Positions 1 to 11,892 of a stretch of DNA of 64,000 bases are shown one piece after another. A model generated the notes under the pieces. It was not told where the DNA came from and made no database searches. It worked only from the letters and a program-made list of their open reading frames with translations. Source of the stretch: Mobula hypostoma (taxonomy: Eukaryota); contig NC_086097.1 of NCBI RefSeq assembly GCF_963921235.1, positions 35,962,001 through 36,026,000 of the forward strand. The letters are read 5' to 3'. Position numbers and translations under genes: made by a program. The stretch's first letter is position 1. The number at the start of each line of letters is the position of its first letter.

Positions 1-324
1 AAAACACATTAGCATAGGAAACAGACTGTAATGGCCACAGACCCATACTGCCTCAGTCCAGCACTCGAAAACCATTTCATTAGTTCAATGGTAAAGCACA
101 CCTACACATCACATTGCAAACAACCGGAGCGCTTACAACCCACTGCATGGACCAAGCAGCAGTGTCAGCTAAGGGAAAAGATAATGGTGTCCGCTGAACG
201 ATAAAGTTCTCATGATCAGAAACGGGGTGGTCTTGTCCTATTCATGCTTTGTCAACCATGGAAGATCTTCACCATCATTTTGACTGCAGTCTACATCTTC
301 CCTCAGGCAGACATCAAGCTAAGG

Positions 325-1110
325 CAGCGGTCCCCAACCACCGGGCCGCGGACCGGCACCAGGCTGCAAAGCATGTGCTACCAGGCCGTGAGGAAACGAT
401 ATGAGTCAGCTGCACCTATCCTCATTCCCCGTTACGCACTGTTGAACTTGAACATAGGGTTGCCAACTGTCCCGTATTTGCGGGACATCCTGTATATTGG
501 GCTAAATTGGCTTGTCCCATACGGGACCGCCCTTGTCCCGTACTTCCCCCGCTAAGGTAGAGCGTTCCTATGAAACCATTCGTGCCGAAATGGCGTGAAG
601 CGAAGAAGCAATTACCATTAATTTAGATGGGAAAAATTTCTGAGCGTTCCCAGACCCAAAAAATAACCTACCAAATCATACCAAATAACACATAAAACCT
701 AAAATAACACTAACATACAGTAAAAGCCAGAATGATATGATAAATACACAGCCTATATAAAGTAGAAATAATGTATGTACAGTATAGTCAGGAAGATGAA
801 GGCAAAACCGATTTGTGAGGAAAAAATTGGCACGTACGCCCATGCGCACATTACATGCGCACACGGGTGCCCGCGCAAGGCTTCATAGTCATGGTAGTCT
901 TTCCTGGGGTAAACACAAGTGTCCCAGGATTTGACTGCTACTTTTGTCCCTTATTTGGGAGTGAGAAAGTTGGCAACCCTAACTGTAAAAGACATGTTGA
1001 GGTGAGTTTAACCCTACTTGAACACCCCCACCCCCACAGGTCGGCCGGTCCGCAAGAATATTGTCAATATTAAACCGGTCCGCAGTGCAAAAAAAGGTCG
1101 GGGACCCCTG
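325..1110. mobile_element. hAT (Charlie/Buster-like) non-autonomous element
   Basis: TIRs are CAGCGGTCCCCAACC ... GGTCGGGGACCCCTG. The 8-bp TSD is AGCTAAGG (317-324) / AGCTAGGG (1111-1118). The ends are shared with the 3942-4644 copy. Confidence 0.85.
455..1016. mobile_element. hAT-Blackjack-like MITE nested in the Charlie-like element
   Basis: TIRs are TAGGGTTGCCAAC (455) and GTTGGCAACCCTA (ends 981). A perfect 8-bp TSD CTTGAACA lies at 447-454 and 1017-1024. Confidence 0.8.
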
Positions 1111-1744
1111 AGCTAGGGCATGAGGTGTGATCAATAAGAACAAAGCTGACACCTGTCACATCGTGGAGGGAGACTTTAATCAAGCTAGCTTGAAGAAGCC
1201 TTACCAGTATCAACACATCACCTGCAAACACTGGAGGACCCAACATACTCAGCCAACATTATTGCTCTATCCCTGGCCTTCACTTGGTAAATCTGGTCAC
1301 CTGACTGTGCTACTACTTCTGCCAGCATACAGATAGAGATGGAAGAGTACAGCACCAGTGAAAGAGAACTGGACATCAGAAGTGGAGGATCAGATTCACA
1401 GGATTGCTTCAAGTCAGCGGATTGGAACATGTTCAAGGAATGGTCCGCACTCCTATATGAACATCTCACAGTTCTCCCTGACTTCATAAGGGCATGTGTG
1501 ATTGAGTGTATTCGACAGAAACATTCCTAGCCTTCCCCACCAGAAGCCCGGAAACCAGGTGATTCGTAATCTGCTGAAAGCTAGATCTGGGGTGTTTAGG
1601 GCTGGTCCGAGAGTCATATACAAAGTCCAGGTACAACCTCTGGAAGGCTACTGCAAGTGCAAATAATCGAATAACTGATAGATGCTCAATTGCTGTGGCT
1701 GGGATTGCACAATATATATCTTTTTAAAATGACCCATCCCTCTT

Positions 1745-1915
1745 TGTTGTGCATTTAATATTTTGATGTATTTAATATTTCAGTAATATTTGAGTAATAT
1801 TGTAAATATATTGTTTGATTATGTCCCCTTTGTTTAAATAATTCTTTATGGGTTATATGTAAAAGTAAGCAAATGGCATACATCATTATGCCACCACATC
1901 ATAAGTGTACACCTT
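1745..1915 (+). mobile_element. Truncated LTR fragment (same family as 5189-5439)
   Basis: It shares tttcagtaatatttgagta...gggttatatgtaaaagta...aatggca with about 5203-5320. Confidence 0.55.
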
Positions 1916-2012
1916 TTCTTTCTTTTCTTTATCAATCTTTTTATTAATTTTTTAAAAAGTACATATACACAAACAAGAGGAGAGTTATCTCAAATATCTA
2001 TATCAATAACAA

Positions 2013-2650
2013 TAGATTAGATTAGATTATGAGGACACGCAGTCCTCTTTTATTGTCATTTAGTAATGCATGCATTAAGAAATGAAACAATATTCCTCTG
2101 GTGTGATATCACAGAAACACAAGACAGACCAAGACTGAAAAACTGACAAAAACCACATAATCATAACATATAGTTACAACAGTGCAAGCAATACTGTAAC
2201 TTGATGAAGAACAGGCCTTGGGCATGGTAAAAAAAAGTTCAAAGTCTCTCGAAAGTCCCACATCTCACACAGACAGGAGAAGGAAGAAAATTCTCCTTGC
2301 CATGCCTGACCACAGTCCAACTCTGAGTCGTCCAAAAACTTCGAGCCTCCGACTAGCCCTCCGACACCGAGCACTGAGCACCATCTCTGTCGAGCACTTC
2401 GACTCCAGCCCTGGCCGCCAGCAGCAGGCAAAGTCGAGGATATGGGGCATTCCCTCTGGAGATTCTCGATCGCACAGTAGCAGCGGCAGTGAACCGGGCA
2501 TTTCAGAAGGTTCTCCAGATGTTTGTCTGTGCTTCTCACGGCTGTCTCCATCAAATCAGAATTGTGCACAGCCCTTATTTAAAAAATACGATATCATTTC
2601 ACCGGAGAGGCTATGCACGCTGCGTCGCGTCGCCATCTTCTCCTCCCGCC
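2013..2650 (-). mobile_element. Non-autonomous retroposon (SINE-like) with a (TAATC)n tail
   Basis: The minus-strand 5' end is GGCGGGAGGAGAAGATGGCG and the 3' end is AATGACAATAAAAG...(taatc)n. It is a GC-rich block inside the AT-rich L1 UTR, with no coherent ORF. Confidence 0.6.
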
Positions 2651-2811
2651 TTACATATATAAGGTAAAATAAACATTATCGAGATCATACATAGTATTAA
2701 TCTAATAATATATAATAAAAAATAAGATAATCAATTCTCCTCTTATCATTTCATAAAAAGAAAAAAAACAGGTCAAGAACCTTTTATAATTTATATATAT
2801 TTTTATTTATT

Positions 2812-2814
<3 letters not shown>

Positions 2815-2870
<56 letters not shown>
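2815..2870. repeat. (AT)n microsatellite
   Basis: An uninterrupted AT dinucleotide run is visible. Confidence 0.95.
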
Positions 2871-2878
<8 letters not shown>

Positions 2879-3781
2879 TAAATATAAAAAAAGAACCCCA
2901 CTATTCTCTATAAACAAAAACAAAAGGTAAAAAAAAGAAAAAGAAAAAGAAAAAAAAGGGTCTGGGCAGCCCATACTGAGAATAAAAGCAAGAAGAAAGA
3001 GAAACTTTCTGATCAAATCCAAAGTTTCGAGAAAGTAACTGGAAGAGCAATAAATCAAACCATATGAAAATATTGAATAAAAGGTCGCCAGGTTTCTTCA
3101 AATTTAAAGGATGAGTCAAATGTCCGACTTCTTATTTTCTCTAAACTTAGACAGGACATAATGGAGGAAAGTCAATAAAAAAACAGTAGGTGGATTAAAA
3201 TCCTTCCATTTAAGCAAAATGGCTCTCCTAGTCAATAAAGTTGTAAAAGCTAGCATCCATTGAGCGGAAACAGGAATATATCCTGCTTCTGGTGGAATGA
3301 TCCCAAAAACTGCAGGAAATAAATTTGGTTGTAGGTCCAAATTCAAGACTTTTGATAAAGTTTTAAAGACATCTTTCCAAGGTGTTACTAAGTACTGCCA
3401 CGCAGGGTGCCCAAACTTTTGCATACCACTGTATTTAAGACAAGTTTGGATAGATTTTTATATAGTAGGGGAAATAAGGGTTATGGGGAAAAGGCAGGTA
3501 GGTGGAGATGAGTCCATGGTCAGATCAGCCATGATCTTATTGAATGGCGGAGCAGGGTCAACAGGCCTAATGGTCTACTCTTGCTCCTATTTCTTATGTT
3601 CTTATGTCTCTCCTAGCAAGCAGATAGACCTCACCCCCCCACCCCCACCCCACCTATCAGGAAAGACGTTATCCCAAAGGAGTAAGAAATCCACCACAGC
3701 AATTAAATCTTTAGGCCTGAATATAACAGTTTAAAATTTACTATGCTGTGGATGTCTATATAGTAGTTGTATTATATAGTA

Positions 3782-5124
3782 CAGACATCTCACCTCTCCC
3801 GGAAGTTCCGGGAGTCTCTCGCATATCGATAGTGGCTCCCTGACGCCCGGAAATTATGTGCAATATCCTGGAAATAGATTTTTTTTGAGAGGGAGAGGGA
3901 GAGGGAGAGCGAGCATCCTGATTGGTCTCTCTTCGTGCTAAGAGTGGTCCCCAACCACCGGCCACAAGGAAACAATATGAGTCAGCTGCACCTTTTCTCA
4001 TTCCCTGTCACGCACTGTTGAATTTTAACGCACACGAGGTCATCAGTGACCCAAGACATGCAAAGGAATGGGTCCATGACCCACTTGTGAATGTCTCCGG
4101 TGAATCATCCATGTCAGCGCGAGAAGATGAACCCCTCGAGCTTGCAAGTGACGGTGGGCTGAAAAGTATGTTTGACATAACATTTCTGCCGGCATTCTGG
4201 ATCGAAGTCAAGGCTGAATATCCTGAGACAGCCACGGAAGCAGTGAAAACATTGCTTCCATTTCCAACGTATCTCTGTGAAGCGGAGTTTTCTGCAATGA
4301 ATGCAACGAAAACTAAATTGTGGAATAGACTGCTCATAAGGAATCCCCTTCGAGTATCGCTGTCTCCCATCACCCCTCGATGGGACCATCTTGTTGCAGG
4401 GAAACAAGCCCAGGGCTCCCACTGATTCAGCGATATTGGTGTGTTGCATTGATTTTATATGTTCATACGGGGAAAATATGCACTGTGTGTTTAATATCCA
4501 AACGTTACTTAAAATGTTATGATGCGATTGACTTATCACCTATATTCCGGTTGTGATTAACACCCCCGCCCCCCGGCAGCCAGTCCGCAAGAATATTGTC
4601 AATACTAAACCAGTCTGCAGTGCAAAAACGATTGGTGACCCCTGCTTCGTAGACCTATCAGTTTTCTTTGTGGGCGGGCTGTACAGTCGACCTCAAAAAT
4701 AATGACAGTGTTGCTCGCTGCACTGTTTGCAACAGTGACTTTTCTATTGCCCATGGTGGGTTAAAATGTAAACGACATGTTGAGGTGAGTTTAACAGGTG
4801 TCATTCGTTCACTAGCGTAGCTAACGTTATTTAAACTAGCTGGCTAGCTGCCAAGGCGCTATGCTATTGATGTCGTACATGATGAGGCCAAACTCCCTGT
4901 AGACTTGCTTAAAGTTGTAATGGAATAAACATGATAACATAAGTACATATTTTAATCTCACATTTTCTGCATATAACCAACTTGGTTTACAGATTAGACA
5001 AAATCACTAAACAAAGTATTACATACACCCTTGGAGGTCGACGGGGGGGGGCGGGGGGATATGGGTTTGAGGGGGGCGGGGGTGCTACCTCCTTGAAATG
5101 AGTTTTTACAGGGTGGGATGTCTG
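3782..5124. mobile_element. TIR DNA transposon derivative carrying a BED-finger-like remnant; hosts the 3942-4644 hAT element
   Basis: TIRs are CAGACATCTCACC ... GGTGGGATGTCTG, flanked by TA on both sides. About 4697-4785 reads NNDSVARCTVCNSDFSIAHGGL/CKRHVE (frameshifted) and ends at gag|gtgagt. Confidence 0.7.
3942..4644 (+). mobile_element. hAT Charlie/Buster-like deletion derivative retaining the transposase C-terminal dimerisation region
   Basis: ORF 3922-4425 contains FWIEVKAEYPETATEAVKTLLPFPTYLCEAEFSAM...KTKLWNRL. The TIRs resemble those of 325-1110. Confidence 0.85.
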
Positions 5125-5188
5125 TACATATATATATCCTGTATACTATAATGTATTGAGTTGGAGTTTATAGCTAAGCAGGGAGGAG

Positions 5189-5439
5189 TGTTATAGTTCA
5201 GCATTTCAGTAATATTTGAGTACTACAGTATTGTAAATGTATTATTTAATTAAGCATTCTTTGTTCAATTACTTCATTTTGGGTTATATGTAAAAGTACC
5301 TGAATGGCACACATCTTTATGTCACCGCATCACATCTGCATGTCTTACTAAAAGTAAAAACTAAGCGTACACAAGTTATCCTCAAGCTCCTGTGTTTTTC
5401 TTTCAATGAATTTATGTCTTGGTGTTACAAAACGTAACA
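5189..5439 (+). mobile_element. LTR with an upstream polypurine tract (3' end of an LTR retrotransposon)
   Basis: The termini are TGTTA...TAACA, immediately preceded by the PPT-like AGGGAGGAG. Confidence 0.6.
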
Positions 5440-5509
5440 CACACAATAGCCACTCCACTCAAACCCCACTTCTTTTTATTGGCCCTTGATAATTAACCTA
5501 GTTACTGTT

Positions 5510-5950
5510 ATCACTTGGGTGGCAGGGTGGAAATAGGTCTCTACCAAAGGAGGTGTAAGGCCTCCTTCCACTAGATTGCAGGTCTCCCTTGGGCAAAGTG
5601 TAGCACCTGCCCAGCACTCGATCAGGGTCACACGAAGCCACAGGAGCAGGGGGTGGATGGCGGTACGAGTAGCTGGTCCATATCACAAGTCCTGGCTGTG
5701 CAACCACTGACACCAGGCAGACAATCTCTGAAGAGTATTAAGAGTATCGATCATGGCTGGGGTCACCCCTTTTGTAAAGACACCGCCAGAAGACAGCGAT
5801 GGCGAACCACGCCTGTACAAAATTTCACCACATACACTCATGGTTGTTGATAGAGAAATGAATAAGAACAACAGCGTGAATGGGGGGCTTCCCCACTGGC
5901 ACAGATTAGCGACGGATAGAAAACCGTGATCACCCATATCTTATGAAATG
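5510..5950 (+). mobile_element. RTE-related non-autonomous retroposon, copy 1
   Basis: It is homologous to 14190-14470 (ggcagacaatctctgaagagtatt...catggctggggtca). The segment agaagacagcgatggcgaaccac resembles the RTE/BovA-type motif. Confidence 0.55.
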
Positions 5951-6869
5951 AAGATGGTGACTATTAATCCAATCAATCTCCTGCTCTGCAGACAAATCCA
6001 GACAGGCTCTGCTCACTTTTTAAAACAGGCGAGTAAACTCCACAAGGAACTGTCTCCAACTCACGCCACAATCTCTCACTTGACAGTGAAGTGCTTCAAA
6101 GGTTAACTATGGCATTGCCTCCGAGATGACCTAGATGGTCCCGCTCCAGTCTGCCTGCAGACAAGTCAACAGCAGATGTGATTTCTCCGGCTCGTCACTC
6201 TGCTCTGGACCATCTAGAGAACAGGAACTCATGTGTCAGCTGCCTGTTCATCGAATAGAGCCCTGCGTGCAACACAATTATCCCACCCAAACTCATCATC
6301 AGACTTCAAGACCTGGGCCTCTACATCACCCTTGGCAACTAAACACTTGACTTCCTCACCAACAGACGTCAGTGAGGATTGGCAACATGCCTTCCTCACT
6401 GACAATCAACGCAGGTGCACTTCAAGGGTGCGTGACTCTCTGCTCCCTATATACACACGACTGTATGGCTGAGCACAGCTCCATTTTCAAATTTGCCAAT
6501 TAACCTGCTGCTGTTGGATAAATCACAGGTGGCGAAGAGTCAGTTTACTGGATTGAGATAGATCACTTAGTTAATTGATGCCTCTCACTCAATGTCAGCA
6601 AAACGAAAGAGTTGATTGTTGCCTTCAGGAAGGGGGATGAGAGCGAACAAGCTCCAGTCTACAGGGGATCGGGGTGAAGAGGATCAGCAGCTTTAAAGCT
6701 CTGGATGTTATAAAAAAATAATCTGATGACATCTAGAAACAGCACATAGATGTAATCATAACAAATGTGCAACAGTACTTTTGCTTTCATAGGAGGTTGA
6801 TACTCGGCCTGTCACCGAACACTTCAATAAACTTGTACATGTCTATATTTAAAGTGTTGGTTGCACCAT

Positions 6870-7524
6870 AAACACAAAATAATCTGCAGATGCTGTGATC
6901 AAAGCAACACCTTCAGTACGCTGGATGAACTCAGCAGGTCGGGCAGCATCAGTTAGAAACGATGAGTCAACGTTTCGGGCCGGAACCCTTCGTCAGGACT
7001 GAAGAATGAAAGATGGGGAAGGATTTGAAGAATGCTTGTAGCTTCAGTTGAAAGACAAAGGGGTGGGGGAGGGGAAGCATTGACGTCATAGCCCTGAAAA
7101 CAATGGGTAGTAGTAGAAGAAGAAGAAGAAGAAGGAGGCAGAACCATGAGGGAGCTGGGGGAGGGGGCAGAGTGAAATAGGGATAGAGGAAGGGAGGGGG
7201 AGGGAATTACCGGAAGTTGGAGAATTCTATGTTCATACCAAGGGGCTGGAGACTACCTAAACGGTATATGAGGTGTTGCTCCTCCAACCTGAGTTTAGCC
7301 TCATCATGGCAGTAGAGGAGGCCACGTATGGACATATCTGAATGGGAGTGGGAAGCAGAGTTGAAGTGGGTGGCTACCGAGAGATCATGTCTTTTGTGGC
7401 GGACGGAGTGGAGATGCTCGACGAAGCGGTCCCCCAATCTGCGTCGGGTTCACCGATGTAGAGGAGGCCGCATCGTTTCTAACTGATGCTGCCCGACCTG
7501 CTGAGTTCATCCAGCGTACTGAAA
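6870..7524 (-). mobile_element. Penelope-like element, 5'-truncated, with an inverted pLTR segment
   Basis: ORF 7207-7437 is a GIY-YIG endonuclease C-terminus (RFVEHLHSV...VATHFNS...RLEEQHLIYRLGSLQPLGMN). About 6912-6964 and 7471-7523 are inverted copies. The 13-bp TSD is TTGGTTGCA(C/T)CAT at 6857-6869 and 7525-7537. Confidence 0.9.
6965..7000 (-). ncRNA. Minimal type I hammerhead ribozyme motif (Penelope pLTR)
   Basis: The minus strand reads AGTC-CTGACGA-AGGG ttccgg CCC-GAAA-CGTT-GACT, with intact core boxes and stems I and II. Confidence 0.7.
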
Positions 7525-7782
7525 TTGGTTGCATCATGGTCTGCTATTGAATTTCGAACCATAGAAACATACAAAGCTGCAGCAAGTAGAGAACGCTGCC
7601 CGGTAAATCGTGGGTATATCCCTCTACACCATTGGTAGTATACAGGAGGAGTCGAGAAGGTAACATCCATCATCAAAGATCCCCACCATCCAGGCCATGC
7701 CATCTTTTCACAACTACCATCTGGCAGGAGGTACAGAAGCCTGAGGTCTCACATCACCAGGCTCGAAAACAGCTACCTTCTT

Positions 7783-10700
7783 TATAGGGTAACATAACTG
7801 GTGGAAATGTACATAATTCTCTTATCACCGACGCTGTGTTTTAAGAAGCTGGTCTGATGTAATGAGGTAATTACATTAAGTGCTTTTAGTACACTTTGTC
7901 TTCAGGTTTTGGAGTTCAATAAATGTGTTGTTATTATTTTCTTAGATTTAAAATGCCTCACTTCGTTTTATTTGCAAAAACTTACATTTGCGACCCCGAT
8001 GCTCTAGGACAATTCCAGAGTTATTGAATATGTCGGCCATTGCAGTCACTTTGAAACTGCCAGAGTCTTGGCAGCAAAATGCCATTGCTTGGTTTGTACA
8101 AACATCGAAATCTCTGACATCAACACCAAATCTTTCTATGTGGTAGCATCGCTCTGCAACTCTACAGTCTGCAGGAGTGCTGAGTCTACTAGAACACCCA
8201 CCGAACACGATAAATATTGATCACCAAAAACTCACCTTTTATAGACTTTTGGACTATCGAAGTCTGAAAACGCAAAACCGCTATTCTCCTTGCCTAGCCT
8301 CAGCGATGCTAAACCATCAGAGCTAATGGACTACATGCTGTTTCTCCTGGCAAATCACCATCCTTGTTTTATTTTTAAAAAACTCTTCATGCAGCAAAAG
8401 TCTGATCAAGTTCACACAGCCCTTGCTAATGCACCAGTGACTGGCAGCTTGCTAAAATGGCTGATAGTCGACACACAGCCAGGCAGCGATGCATCATTCC
8501 TCCTCCTTTCCCTGCTTCTATAAGCCCAGTCAGGAAGGCCCCTCACGTAAGGGTGCCTGCGGCTGCGAAATAGACAAGACTAGACCTGTGGTTTTACTGT
8601 GCTCACTTTGGTACGAACACTAGGAAGTGACAACTGCCTTGCAGCTTCATCAGTTCCAGTGCATCAGGACATCAGAGGTCTGTGAACACCGTGAGTTCCA
8701 GCTGCCAGGGTTGTCTGCTGTTCATTACGGATGCCCTTTCAGGGCGACGCTTCCTGTGTGACATGGGTGCTGAAGTGAGTGTCCTGCCAGCTTCATCTAT
8801 TGATGAGAAGGCAAAGAGCAATGAAACCTCACTGGAGGCCCCCAATCCACTCAAACCCCGCAGGATCCATACGTACAGGACATGACAGGTGGCACTCTAC
8901 TTCAGTATGTGACGGTACACATGGGGCTTTGTCCTGGCTGAGCTAGCTAGACCCCTGCTCTGTGCAGATTTCCTGTGTGCCCAAGGACTGTAGGTTGATT
9001 TTAAGAACTGCTGGCTTGGGGACGTCAAGGACTTGGGTCATTACCCTGCTCCTCTAGTAAATTCTCCACAATGACTCTGTCAAGCGCATGTATCACAACA
9101 TGTGAGATTACTCAACTGCTGGGCAAATTCCCAGACCTCACCAAGCCCACATTCTCCACTACAGCCACAAAACATGGGGTCGAGCACCGCATTTCTACAA
9201 CTGGCCCGCCAGTCCATGCCCACGTGCATAGACTGGACCCATAAAAGCTGGCAGCTGCAAAGGCTGAGTTTGGAAAGGCTTGGCATTGCACGCTTGGTCC
9301 CCAAGTCTGATGGCAATGGCCGATGGCTTAACGAGGCCACACCCCCAATCGTTACCCACACCCACACATCCAGGACTTTTCAGCATGTTTAGCTGGAAAG
9401 TTAATTTTTTTCCAAAGTCGGTCTAATGAGGAGCCACCATCAGGTGCCTGTGGCTGTAATAACCACAGGCTGTAATGGCCTTTTTGAGTTTCTGCACATC
9501 ATTTAGGCTGATAAATGCAGTACAGATTTTCCAATGGCTGATGGACTCTGTATTAAAATACAGATCTTCTTTTAGTTTATCTGGATGACACACTTGTCAG
9601 CAGTGCGTCCAAATCTGAGCACGTATCTCATCTCCGCACACTTTTTGAGTGCTTAAGCCAACACAGGTTGCTAAATGCCAGGTTGCATTGTCAACCATTG
9701 ACTTTCTTGGCCATTACATCTCCGCAGAAGGTGCAAAACCCTCCCCAACAAAAGTAGCTACTATTATGGATTTCCCACCACCTGCACTTCTTAAAAATCT
9801 ACAGGAGTTTTTAGGTATGGTGAATTTCTATCACTGCTTCTTTCTGCGAGCTACTGAATTTATGTTCCTCCTGTATAGTGTGCTTAAAGGCGATACATCT
9901 AATCACATGCTTGACTGGTCCGTGGACACGACCAGGGCATTTGATGATAGCAAAGAAGCTCTTTCCAACACGACCCTACTGGCACACCTGCTCCCCAACA
10001 CACCCATAGCCATTACTACTGATGCTCAGACTATGCTGTGGGTGCTGTACATGAACAGTTGGTCAGGTGTGTAGCAACCCCTCGCCTTCTTCAGCCGACA
10101 GCTCTGAACCCCCGAAAAGAAGTACAGCACGTTTGACCGTCAGCTCCTCAGCCTCAATCTGGCTGTCTGCCTTGTTCATTTTCTTCTGGAGGATCACCAT
10201 CTCACAGCATCCGTTGACCACAAACCCTTTGTGCACACGATGACCAAAATATCAGACCCTTGGTCTGCATGGCCGGTAGCAATGCCAACTTTTTCGGGGA
10301 CGCTGGGGATTATCTCCTATGTGGTGTCTCCACCGGTTGCCCTCACCCATAGGACTGTTTTTGACTCTATACATGGCCTCTCGCATCCAGGCCAGAAGGT
10401 CTCACAGACGTCTGTGTGACAGGACTTTAGAAAGGATGTGCGTGATTGGAGTGCAGCCTGTGTGGACTGCCAGCGGGCAAAAATATACTGTCATGTCCAG
10501 GCGCTATTGGCACCTTTTGAGGTCACTGAGCGATGGTTTGACCATGTCAATGTAGATCATTTTGGTCTTCTTCTCCCCTCCTGCGGTTTCACGCATCTCC
10601 TTACCATGGTGGACTGTACAACCAGGTGGCCATAGGTTGTTCCTCCAGCATTGACGACGGCCGCAGAGGTGGCTCGGGCGTTCATCGGCACCTGGGTTGC

Positions 10701-11662
10701 TCCGTTTGGTACTCCATCTGACATTTCCCGTGACAGCGGTCTCTAATTCAAATCAGACCTTCGGGTTGTGATGGCCCAGAACCTGGGTGTTAGGCTACAT
10801 CATACCATAGCACATTGCCTGCAGTCCAACGGCCTTCACGATCGGATTCAGAGCTTCCTAAAGATGCTCTGAGGGCTTCCCTAACCAATGAAGGTTGGTA
10901 TGATTGTCTCCCGTGGGTCCTGCTAAGGGCTCAGAAGAGGGCTCGCAGTCATCCGTGGCTGAGCTGGAATATGGACAGCTGTTAGGTGATTTTATTCCTG
11001 ACTCTACGACCGCCTGGTTGGCCTCTCAATAATGTCCCATTCTCCTCAGTAAATTCCAGTCCTTTTCACCTATTCCTACCTCCTGCCATGAAAGCACTCT
11101 TGGGCTCCTGTGGACCTACATCCCACCTCGTTTGTTTTCATTCGCCATGACGCACCCCTTAGGCCCCCTTACGATGGTGCGTTCCACATTTTGAAACGGG
11201 GAGGAAAAACTTTTATCACTGTTAAGAGGGGTAAACCTGAATGTATCTCTGTAGGTTGCCTTAAACTGGCCTACCAAGATTTGGAGGACTGTGCTACCAT
11301 GCTCCTGGCGTCCCAACATGACCATGAGTGTGTCAACACACCTCTGGACGAGTGGCTGTTCCTCCACACAGGACCCGAGCTGGACAGCTCGTCCGAGCTC
11401 TGGACAGGCTCACGATGCCAGTTTCACTGAATTCTGGAGTTGGGCGTGAGTAGGGTAACGTGATTGGGAGAAATGTACATAATTCACAACCGCTGAGTAG
11501 ATTTGGTGTTCGCTTTAAGAGGCTGGTCTGACGTGATGTCGTGTTACTTGAAGTTCTGTCTCCGCACTTTTTTGTGTTCAGAGTTTGAGTACAATAAATG
11601 AGTTTTTATGTTTTTTTTAAAACGTAAAACACCTCACGTCGTTTTATTTGTGAAAACCTACA
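7783..11662 (+). mobile_element. Gypsy/Ty3 LTR retrotransposon, full structure but decayed
   Basis: LTRs are at 7783-7986 and 11449-11662, with a PBS-like tttgcgaccccga after the 5' LTR. Remnants occur in Gypsy order: gag (AVTLKLPESW...AWFVQ), protease (FLCDMGAEVSVLP), RT (YLDD; IDFLGH), RNase H (TTDA) and integrase (HGLSHPG, CVDCQRAK). There are many stops and frameshifts. Confidence 0.9.
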
Positions 11663-11756
11663 CTTGAACCAACACGGCGAAACCTCAATCACTACAGTGT
11701 AGCAACACCTTTCCCACTTGGATAACTTTGCACTAAAATGCACTTTTGTTCTCATT

Positions 11757-11892
11757 GCAAACACAAGGAATTCTGCAGATGCTGGAAATTCAAGCAACAC
11801 ACATCAAAGTTGCTGGTGAACGCAGCAGGCCAGGCAGCATCTCTAGGAAGAGGTACAGTCGACATTTCGGGCCAAGACCCTTTGTCAGGACA
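11757..11892 (-). mobile_element. Penelope pLTR fragment with a degenerate hammerhead
   Basis: The aaacacaaggaattctgcagatgctgg...gtcaggac block is shared with 57532-57662. Confidence 0.75.

Larger units (their letters stand above)
250..1715 (+). mobile_element. Rex1/Babar-type LINE fragment (AP-endonuclease region), interrupted by a hAT MITE
   Basis: Remnant motifs TAVYIFPQAD, VEGDFNQA, SLGKSGH and QDCFKSADWNMFK are present, with many frameshifts. Confidence 0.7.
1916..3410 (-). mobile_element. L1-clade LINE 3' fragment (ORF2 C-terminus plus 3' UTR), with a nested insertion and (AT)n
   Basis: ORF 3116-3424 (WKDVFKTLSKVLNLDLQPN...AFTTLLTRRAILLKWKDFNPP) is typical of the fish L1 ORF2 end. The minus strand ends in an A-rich tail near 1916-1955. 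Confidence 0.75.

Noticed and set aside
2174..2667. Overlapping 131-149 aa ORFs on both strands
   Set aside because: They arise from a GC-rich non-coding retroposon and show no recognisable protein motifs.
3922..4425. ORF resembling a ZBED5/SCAND3/FAM200 host gene
   Set aside because: It covers only the C-terminal fragment and is enclosed by hAT TIRs, so it is a transposon remnant.
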